Below, one piece after another: positions 6,571-13,741 of a stretch of DNA of 32,000 nt. The DNA comes from Candidatus Hermodarchaeota archaeon (lineage in GTDB: Archaea; Asgardarchaeota; Heimdallarchaeia; Hodarchaeales; Hodarchaeaceae): positions 30,001 through 62,000 of the forward strand of contig JBHLKY010000015.1 in the NCBI GenBank assembly GCA_048886185.1, given 5' to 3'. The notes under the pieces were generated by a model. That model was not told the DNA's origin and did not search any database. It worked only from the letters and a program-made list of their open reading frames with translations. A program made the translations under genes and the position numbers. Numbering within the stretch: position 1 is the stretch's first letter; every line of letters starts with the position of its first letter.

Positions 6571-9039
6571 TTGTGGGTTAAAACCTTGACTTATGCTAAA
6601 CAGATGCTAAGAATTAATTTAAAGACACAAGAAATCATAACTGAACCTTTAAACCTTGAAATTTTACAACAATATCTTGGAGGAAGAGGATACGGTGTTA
6701 AAATTCTGTATGATGAGCTATCACCAGGAATCGACCCACTTGATCCTGATTCGAAATTTGTTATTATGACTGGTCCAATGACTGGAACCACATCTCCAAC
6801 TTCTTCTAGATGGTGTATGATATTCAAAAGTCCTTTAACAGGCCAGACTCTTAATGATACTCACTGTGGTGGCCGATTAGGAATTGAGTTAAAACGTGCT
6901 GGATATGATGGAATTATAATTGAGAATTCATCCAACACTCCTATTTATCTCTTAATAGACGATGGTGACGTTACTATACATGATGCTTCAGGATTATGGG
7001 GTAAAACTATTGATGAAACTGAAGTACAGTTGAAAAAAACTCACAGGAATCATTCCGTTGCAGCTATCGGCCCTGCAGGTGAGAATTTAATTCGGTTTGC
7101 TTGTGTAATTAATGGTACTCGAACAGCTGGAAGAGGGGGAATTGGAGCTGTATGGGGTTCAAAGAAGCTGAAAGCGATTGTTGTTCACGGTTCCCGTAAA
7201 ATAACACCAGTTAATGAGTATGCGTTTAAGAAATATAATAAAAAGTTTTTAGAAATTTTAAAAGGTCATCCAGTGACAGGTACCGGAATGGGTCTGTATG
7301 GTACTCCTATTTTGGTGAATCTTGTCAATAAACATGGTGTTTTTCCTGTTAATAACTATAATTCAGGGATTTTTAAAGAGGTTCGCCAAATTGCTGGTGA
7401 AACACTTAAGGATTACTTAATAAAGAAAAAATCCTGCCGAGGTTGTCCTATTGCTTGTGGTAGGATAATGAAATACAAAGATGTAGAAACTTATGGTCCA
7501 GAATTTGAATCATTATGGGCATTAGGTCCTAATTGCGGAGTTAGCGATATTGAGATCATCTTCAAAGCTAATTCGCTTTGTAACAAATTAGGATTAGACA
7601 CTATATCTACTGGGAACGTAATTGGTTGGTTTATGGAATGTAGTGAAAAAGAAATCATTCCTGAATCAGTAAAATTCGGTGATGGTCAAACATTATTATC
7701 TTTAATTGAAAAAATTGCATACAGGAAAGAGAGAGGTGAGTTATTAGCTAATGGTGTACAAATAGCTTCTAAAAAAGTTGGTTTAGGAGCCGAAAAGTTT
7801 GCATGTCATGTTAAAGGACTTGAGATGCCAGCTTACGATCCAAGGGGAGTAAAAGGTATGGCCCTAAGTTACGCAACTTCAAATAGTGGTGGAACTCACT
7901 TAAAAGCTTACACAGTCATTCAAGAAATTCTCAGCTTACCTCACTTTGTTGATCCGTTCGCTAATGAAGGTAAAGCTGATTTAGTAAAGGTCATGCAAGA
8001 TGTTTTTGCTGTAATTGATTCAGCAGAGTGGTGTAAGTTTACAACAATGGCAGTGTTTACAACGCTCAAATGTGAAGTTGATATATATGCGAAGCTTTTA
8101 ACAACAGCTACGGGTTTTTATATCGATGAAGCAGAGTTCAGGAAAATTGGGGAAAGAATTTACAACTTGGAACGACTGTTTAATATTAGAGAGGGATTGA
8201 CCGAAGAAAGTGACAGTCTTCCTCCAAGATTTTTGAATGACCCAATGCCAGAGGGCCCTGCAAAAGGCCACATTGTAAACCTTGATAATCTTCTAAAAGA
8301 TTATTATCGTATTAGAGGATGGAATGAGCAAGGAATCCCCTCAGATCGTAAATTAGAAGAGCTTGCTATTAAGCCTCTACAGAATTTAAAAAAGCTTCAA
8401 GTAGCATTAGATTTGAGAGATCTTAATGAAGCTATTAAAATCGCTCATAAAAGTGCACTTGGAGGAGTAGATTGGATTGAAGCTGGGACACCATTAATCA
8501 AAGCGAGTGGAATGGAATCTGTACGTAAGCTTCGTGAGCTCTTTCCGAATAAAATAATCGTTGCAGACCTTAAAACTATGGATGCTAGCTTCTTAGAGAC
8601 TGAAATGGCTGCATTAGCTGGGGCTGATATTGTTTGTATTCTTGGAATTGCTCCTGATAGTACTATAGAGGATGCTGTTGGTGCTGGGAAAAAGTTCAAT
8701 GTTAAGATTTTTGCGGATCTAATTGGAATTCAAGATCCTATAAGCCGAGCTGTTCAACTAGAAGAATTGGGGGTCGATATTATTGGATTTCACATAGGTA
8801 TTGATCAACAGCTACGTTCTGGTTTTGATAAAATACCTTTTCCAATTCTTAAGAAATTAAAAGAAACAATTAAGATCCCAATAGCCGTAGCAGGCGGATT
8901 AAAGGCTGAAACAATCCCGCAAGCCATTGAATGTGGGGCAGACATCCTTATAGTTGGTTCAGCAATTACTCGTTCAGCGGATCCTCAAAAAGCCACTCAT
9001 CGCTTTAAAGAAATAATTCTAGCGAGTACAAAAAAATGA
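6571..9039 (+). CDS. Fusion: tungsten-pterin aldehyde:ferredoxin oxidoreductase (aa ~6-600) + 3-hexulose-6-phosphate synthase (aa 608-822); true start probably TTG at 6586
   Basis: AOR motifs: LGGRG, KSPLTG, AGRGGIGAVWGSKKLKAI, CRGCPIACG, GPEFE, GLDTISTG, VKGLEMPAYDPRG, DSAEWC, YYRIRGW. HPS motifs: LQVALD, IEAGTP, ADLKTMD, ADLIG, FHIGID, VAGG, IVGSAIT. Single uninterrupted frame. Confidence 0.92.
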   Translation: MWVKTLTYAKQMLRINLKTQEIITEPLNLEILQQYLGGRGYGVKILYDELSPGIDPLDPDSKFVIMTGPMTGTTSPTSSRWCMIFKSPLTGQTLNDTHCGGRLGIELKRAGYDGIIIENSSNTPIYLLIDDGDVTIHDASGLWGKTIDETEVQLKKTHRNHSVAAIGPAGENLIRFACVINGTRTAGRGGIGAVWGSKKLKAIVVHGSRKITPVNEYAFKKYNKKFLEILKGHPVTGTGMGLYGTPILVNLVNKHGVFPVNNYNSGIFKEVRQIAGETLKDYLIKKKSCRGCPIACGRIMKYKDVETYGPEFESLWALGPNCGVSDIEIIFKANSLCNKLGLDTISTGNVIGWFMECSEKEIIPESVKFGDGQTLLSLIEKIAYRKERGELLANGVQIASKKVGLGAEKFACHVKGLEMPAYDPRGVKGMALSYATSNSGGTHLKAYTVIQEILSLPHFVDPFANEGKADLVKVMQDVFAVIDSAEWCKFTTMAVFTTLKCEVDIYAKLLTTATGFYIDEAEFRKIGERIYNLERLFNIREGLTEESDSLPPRFLNDPMPEGPAKGHIVNLDNLLKDYYRIRGWNEQGIPSDRKLEELAIKPLQNLKKLQVALDLRDLNEAIKIAHKSALGGVDWIEAGTPLIKASGMESVRKLRELFPNKIIVADLKTMDASFLETEMAALAGADIVCILGIAPDSTIEDAVGAGKKFNVKIFADLIGIQDPISRAVQLEELGVDIIGFHIGIDQQLRSGFDKIPFPILKKLKETIKIPIAVAGGLKAETIPQAIECGADILIVGSAITRSADPQKATHRFKEIILASTKK

Positions 9040-9389
9040 TAACAATAGAACTTAATTTTTTTGCGATTTTACAAGCAGTTTTTGGAGATGAGTATCGCAT
9101 CACTATTGAAGAACCAATTCCTTTAATACAACTTCTTGATTTATTCCATTCTAAGGATGGAGAAAAAGGGAGCCATTTTTTTCTTGAAGATGGAGAATTA
9201 AAGAAAGGATTTTCAATACTTATAGATGGACGGAATATTCATGCTTTGGAGGGATTAAACACAATCCTTGAAAAAAATTGCGAAGTATCTTTTTTTCCAA
9301 TAATTGCAGGTGGAATCTTTAATTATTCGATATTAGCATGTTCTTCTTTCATTTCTGTCTCAGTAATGCCAAGATCTAATGCTAATTGA
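9036..9389 (+). CDS. moaD: MoaD/ThiS/SAMP-family ubiquitin-like sulfur carrier with a 24-aa extension after the GG motif
   Basis: LNFFAIL N-terminus, ILIDGRNI, VSFFPIIAGG at aa 84-93; ATGA overlap with the AOR-HPS stop. Confidence 0.8.
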   Translation: MITIELNFFAILQAVFGDEYRITIEEPIPLIQLLDLFHSKDGEKGSHFFLEDGELKKGFSILIDGRNIHALEGLNTILEKNCEVSFFPIIAGGIFNYSILACSSFISVSVMPRSNAN

Positions 9390-10498
9390 GCCACACATGA
9401 ATCTAAGGTTATCGCTGCTGCATACTCGAATGATGGAATTAAAAAACTGAGGTTTGAAATCTGATGTAAGTCAGCACTTATTTCCTCTGTTCTTCCTTCA
9501 ATAGCGAGACATATGTTAGATTCTAAAGCTAATTTTGATTTAGGAAAGGAAGTTAATCCAACTATATTCATTTTAGCTGATTTTGCGCTTTCAATGCGTT
9601 CTAATGTACTCGTAGATACCCCAGAACCCGAAATACCTATCAGTAGATCGCCCTCTCGTCTAAATCTCCAGTCATAATTAGATTTACAATTAATTCTTAA
9701 ATGACTTAATCTAATAGAAGAAATACTAGCAATTATAGAGTCTAGACCACTTCCAAAAACGAATAATTTCTTTTGTGGTTGGCCAGAATAGCTTTCTAGG
9801 GTAGTAATGAAGTGTTGTAAGGGTTGTTCATTCTTTTTAATATTATGTAAACTCATTTCTGCTGCTCGTAATACTTCATTCACTCCTTCATTAAACCCTT
9901 TGACTATCGATTCATCTCGTAATCCTGAAATAACCCCAATTCCTAATAACATTGTTGTCATTTCGAATACTGTTCCAAGAGGTGTTAAAGGTGCGTGAGA
10001 AACAGGCGTTAAGGGGGCATGAGAAATAGGAGCGAACTTCTCTTTTATATAACCCCGAGGGATATGAATAATTGAATCCGCTAATCTTGCTGCTAAAGAT
10101 TGTTGATCACCTGTAAAAACTAGGATTTTTGCGCCTCTACTTATTGATTCTTGCAGAGTATTGATTGTAAACCTTGTCCATCCCGAACCCGTGATTCCAA
10201 TGACCACATCATCCTTTCGAACGGGTTTTGCTAGACTTTTTCCTAAATATGATACCTTACATCCTATATTCTTGAGTAATTCTCCAAGTAACATCCCAAC
10301 TTTCCCTGACCTTCCCATTCCGACGAGATGTATTCTTTTATCTCCTTCTCTTGCTTCGTCGAGTGCCTTACAAAATTCAACCAAGCTAGGTGGATTCTCA
10401 TTGATTGAATTTACAGTCCTTTTAGCTGATTTAACCAAAAGATTAAAAGCTGAATAAAAAGATGACAAATCTTGGGATGGATTAGTTTCCATTGACAT
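9323..10498 (-). CDS. hxlB: 6-phospho-3-hexuloisomerase (PHI/HxlB)-like protein with two tandem SIS domains
   Basis: Domain 1: LVGMGRSG, DVVIGITGSGWT, PLGTVFE. Domain 2: DLLIGISGSG, PSFE and C-terminal EMKEEHANIE (PHI HANLE signature). GGAG SD precedes ATG 10492. Confidence 0.8.
   Translation of the reverse strand: MSMETNPSQDLSSFYSAFNLLVKSAKRTVNSINENPPSLVEFCKALDEAREGDKRIHLVGMGRSGKVGMLLGELLKNIGCKVSYLGKSLAKPVRKDDVVIGITGSGWTRFTINTLQESISRGAKILVFTGDQQSLAARLADSIIHIPRGYIKEKFAPISHAPLTPVSHAPLTPLGTVFEMTTMLLGIGVISGLRDESIVKGFNEGVNEVLRAAEMSLHNIKKNEQPLQHFITTLESYSGQPQKKLFVFGSGLDSIIASISSIRLSHLRINCKSNYDWRFRREGDLLIGISGSGVSTSTLERIESAKSAKMNIVGLTSFPKSKLALESNICLAIEGRTEEISADLHQISNLSFLIPSFEYAAAITLDSCVAQLALDLGITETEMKEEHANIE
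9981..10028. repeat. Imperfect 24-nt tandem duplication inside hxlB encoding (I/V)SHAPLTP twice
   Basis: GGTGTTAAAGGTGCGTGAGAAACA vs GGCGTTAAGGGGGCATGAGAAATA, 19/24 identical. Confidence 0.85.
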
Positions 10499-10702
10499 CT
10501 CCTGAGAAGTAATTTAATAATCAATGCGAGATATATGTAATAAATGTTATCTTATTTACACTGACCATGAAGCAATATATTGTAAAAAAAATTTCTGAAC
10601 AATAAAGTTGTTTAGTTAAATGTTTTATGTTAATTTATAATGAATAAACTTGATTGAAGAATTTGGAGATCTGGTGTTCTAATATTTACCAACATACGAA
10701 TT

Positions 10703-11842
10703 TTATGATGAAATTAGGGACAACTCACGATTTAGAGCCACCTGAGTAAGTTTTTGTGTATCTGCTGTTGACCAGCTATCAGATTCATGTCTTTGGTGAA
10801 TAATTTTTATTAATTTTTTCTCAAATAAGTGGAGCTCGTGAATTATATTATCATTTTCTAATAAGTCAAGTTTTTCACGGTGTTCAAAAAGATTAATATC
10901 TTTAGAAGCATCTAGAGGTGGAACTACAAAGGGTTTAAAGAAGCTAATACATGGATGGGGTGATCCAGTCATCCAATGAATACTATGTGCACTTTTCTCT
11001 GAAAGATAGGAAACTTGAGAAGCTATTGTTCGGAATGCTCCATGCATACAAATGCCCCCATAATGATCACGAAGGATCTCCATCATAATGGTTGGATTTA
11101 TTTTCTTATAGTTTGATTGTAATAGATAGTTACCCCAACCTTCCCGTGAATACTTTGATGGGTTTAAGTATATTCCCTTTGTAAAGCATTTAGCAAAATC
11201 AAATTCATCTTTGTTTTCACAATACCCTTGTTCGATCGCATGATCAATAATTCCATTTCTAGTAGTCGTGTATTCCGATCTGATCGATAATCCATTAGAT
11301 ATGTTTCGCACTCCATCTTTGATCTGCTGGCTAATCCACCATTTGCCTGCTGTTTCTAGAACCCAAGCTTCTTTAGGATCAGCTATTAAAAAGGAATTGT
11401 GGTACACTAATGTAGGATCATCTTCCGCACAAATACCTCCTTGGCCATACATTTCTAGTAAATCACAAATAATGTGGACAGCCTGACTAGCAGTTGAAGA
11501 CCGTTCAAGAGCCAGACGTACTAGATCCATTCCTAATAAAGAAGGAGGTCCGAAGGGTTCTTTTGTATCAAATATAGCCTCATTACCAATAACAACATTA
11601 TGCTCATTAGCTCCCATTTCAGCTCCCCACATCCATTTGGGCTTTGAAAGTAAAACAGCATGAGTTTTTTCCACTTGAGGGATAGTTATATAGGTACACT
11701 TTACATATGAATTCTCAGAATAGTGTTTTCTAGGTAAATAAAGTATAGAATGGTTTTCAAGATAAGGACGATCACTATTTTTCCCAAAAATGGCTTTTCC
11801 ATCATCTGTCGCTGATCCTAGAGCGACAAAAGTATCACACAT
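10703..11842 (-). CDS. Peptidase C69 (secernin/dipeptidase A-like) Ntn-hydrolase
   Basis: N-terminal MCDTFVA (Cys2 nucleophile), FGKNSDR, WMWGAEMGANEHNVVIGNEA, LLGMDLVRLALER, HNSFLIAD, LETAG, ISN. Confidence 0.9.
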   Translation of the reverse strand: MCDTFVALGSATDDGKAIFGKNSDRPYLENHSILYLPRKHYSENSYVKCTYITIPQVEKTHAVLLSKPKWMWGAEMGANEHNVVIGNEAIFDTKEPFGPPSLLGMDLVRLALERSSTASQAVHIICDLLEMYGQGGICAEDDPTLVYHNSFLIADPKEAWVLETAGKWWISQQIKDGVRNISNGLSIRSEYTTTRNGIIDHAIEQGYCENKDEFDFAKCFTKGIYLNPSKYSREGWGNYLLQSNYKKINPTIMMEILRDHYGGICMHGAFRTIASQVSYLSEKSAHSIHWMTGSPHPCISFFKPFVVPPLDASKDINLFEHREKLDLLENDNIIHELHLFEKKLIKIIHQRHESDSWSTADTQKLTQVALNRELSLISS

Positions 11843-11886
11843 ATCATCTACCTCTATAATGAGGAATAATTTCCTAATCTTGTTTC

Positions 11887-12858
11887 CTATATGGCTAGAT
11901 CACGAAGTAGACTATAGGCATACTCATCTATTTGTTTCTTTTTTCGGGTCTCTTCTAGAGAGATCTTTGTGAGTTCTTTGTTCTGTTCTCCGACCATGAT
12001 ACCAGTATCTCCAGCAAGAATACAATCAATTGCATAAGCACCCAACCGTGTAGCAAGCCATCGGTCTCGTGCGCTGGGAGATCCTCCACGTTGTATGTGA
12101 CCTAATATTGAAATGTAGGTTTTATACTCTAAGTGTTTAGCTAAAGTTTTTGAGAAAGTGAAGATATCGCGATCATCTGCTCCTTCAGCCACAATGACAA
12201 TAAGACTTTTTTTCCCCCGTTCCTTTGCTTCTCGAATACGATTGGCAATAGTTATAAAATCTATCGGTTTATCCTCAGGAATCAATATCTCTTCAGCACC
12301 ACACCCAATACCCACCTCAAGAGCGATAAATCCAGCTTCTCTGCCCATAACTTCTACAAGAAAGACTCGTTCGTGACTTTCCGCGGTATCTCGAATTCTA
12401 TCTAACGCTTGAATTGCGGTGTCAATCGCTGTGTCGTAACCAATAGTGAAATCAGTTCCATAGATGTCATTGTCAATAGTCCCTGGAATGCCGATAATTT
12501 GGCCAGACCAATATTTCTGAAGTTCTATTAAGCCACGAAAAGTACCATCACCCCCAATAGCACACAGAGCATCAAAATTATGTCTTTTTAAGATGTTGGC
12601 TGCTTTCTGAACGCCAGTGTCAGTATAAAACTCCTGTGATCTAGCAGTTCTTATTATTGTGCCTCCTTTTTGGATAATATTGGAAACAGAGCGAGGTGTC
12701 ATTTCTTCAAACTCTTCCTTGAAGATTCCTTCAAAACCTCGATAAATAGCTACCATATCTAGACCTTGTGCAATTCCTCTTCGAACTATAGCACGTAAAC
12801 ACGCGTTCATACCTGGAGCATCTCCACCAGAACAGAAAACTCCAATTTTTTTATTCAA
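11887..12858 (-). CDS. pfkA: ATP-dependent 6-phosphofructokinase, bacterial PfkA type
   Basis: GGDAPGMN, GGTIIRTAR, IGGDGT, PGTIDND, EVMGR, LGHIQRGG; TTG start with GGTGA SD at 12863-12867. Confidence 0.95.
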   Translation of the reverse strand: MNKKIGVFCSGGDAPGMNACLRAIVRRGIAQGLDMVAIYRGFEGIFKEEFEEMTPRSVSNIIQKGGTIIRTARSQEFYTDTGVQKAANILKRHNFDALCAIGGDGTFRGLIELQKYWSGQIIGIPGTIDNDIYGTDFTIGYDTAIDTAIQALDRIRDTAESHERVFLVEVMGREAGFIALEVGIGCGAEEILIPEDKPIDFITIANRIREAKERGKKSLIVIVAEGADDRDIFTFSKTLAKHLEYKTYISILGHIQRGGSPSARDRWLATRLGAYAIDCILAGDTGIMVGEQNKELTKISLEETRKKKQIDEYAYSLLRDLAI

Positions 12859-12977
12859 TATATCACCAAACCTTGATAGGATAGGATTTCTTTATTTTAA
12901 TTGACTTTGAACATTATTTTTGAGACTTTTTAAATAAAAAGAATAATTACACCTAAAAAAAGGATGAGTGAGGTTCT

Positions 12978-13130
12978 ATGAAAATTAGTTTTTTAATTAG
13001 CTTATTATTGGTTTTTGGACTATGTTTCTCCGTGATTTTGATAGAAACTATTATAGATTTTTGTATAAATTGTCCCACGACTGTTGAATCACTTAGTAGG
13101 TATGATAAATGCTCTGGAAACAAATTTTAG
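12978..13130 (+). CDS. Possible 50-aa small protein with hydrophobic N-terminus (below ORF-track cutoff)
   Basis: MKISFLISLLLVFGLCFSVILIETIIDFCINCPTTVESLSRYDKCSGNKF; GAGGT upstream of ATG; TTTAAATA about 40 nt upstream; overlaps the next gene by 22 nt. Confidence 0.2.
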   Translation: MKISFLISLLLVFGLCFSVILIETIIDFCINCPTTVESLSRYDKCSGNKF

Positions 13131-13711
13131 GAAAACCAGATGATACATATATCATTGGTAAACATTGGGTAAAAAAGAATGTCCCCAAAACAAACCGTAT
13201 ACCCAAAACTTTGCACAAAGAGTCGTGTCCTGGTGCTATTTATGACATAGGTTTTCATTATCTTCCTGATGATCCTTCTAAACTGCAACAACTTTGGATT
13301 TGTATTGAAACGGGACAATTGTTTAAAAAAGAACCTCTCCTTGGAAAAAAGGCTACTCCAAAGCCCAAGAAAGTCGAAACCAAACCAATAGTATCTAAGC
13401 CTCCTGTTAAGCCAAAGAAAAAAGCTGAACCTGTCATTGAAAAGCTGCCTGAACTTGAACCTGAGCCAAAACCAATTGCTGAACCAGCTAAACCTCCTGT
13501 ATCTAAACCAACCATAAATACACTCACCTCTGTCTCAGAAGTGAAAGGTATTGGGCAAGCTGCTTTTGACTCGTTAACTGCCGCGAATATAAGGACAATT
13601 GGTGATTTATTGAGTAAACATAGCCAAGAAATTGCAACATTAATTGGCCGTAAGAGTGACAAGCAGATAAAGACTTGGCAAGAAACCGCTCAAAAAATGC
13701 TAACTGGCTAA
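13109..13711 (+). CDS. Protein with unknown N-terminal domain, Pro/Lys/Glu-rich linker and C-terminal helix-hairpin-helix domain
   Basis: C-terminal VSEVKGIGQAAFDSLTAANIRTIGDLL...KQIKTWQETA (HhH, DUF4332/RadA-N-like); KPKKVETKPIVSKPPVKPKKK linker. Confidence 0.7.
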   Translation: MLWKQILGKPDDTYIIGKHWVKKNVPKTNRIPKTLHKESCPGAIYDIGFHYLPDDPSKLQQLWICIETGQLFKKEPLLGKKATPKPKKVETKPIVSKPPVKPKKKAEPVIEKLPELEPEPKPIAEPAKPPVSKPTINTLTSVSEVKGIGQAAFDSLTAANIRTIGDLLSKHSQEIATLIGRKSDKQIKTWQETAQKMLTG

Positions 13712-13741
13712 TTTTCCTACTTTTTAATAATTTAATATGAT

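Noticed and set aside
6571-8370. Naming the W-enzyme domain FOR (formaldehyde:ferredoxin oxidoreductase)
   Set aside because: Motifs GPEFE, PAYDPRG and ERIYNLERLFN resemble AOR sensu stricto more than Pyrococcus FOR as I recall it; a phylogeny is needed, so substrate specificity is left open
8392-9039. Alternative identity of the fused barrel as OMP decarboxylase or 3-keto-L-gulonate-6-P decarboxylase (UlaD)
   Set aside because: Has the DxKxxD variant and EAGTP of the HPS/KGPDC group, with HPS-type D/I/A at the specificity positions, and a PHI gene is adjacent
11887-12858. PPi-dependent phosphofructokinase
   Set aside because: GGDG and PGTIDND carry Gly where PPi enzymes have Asp and Lys
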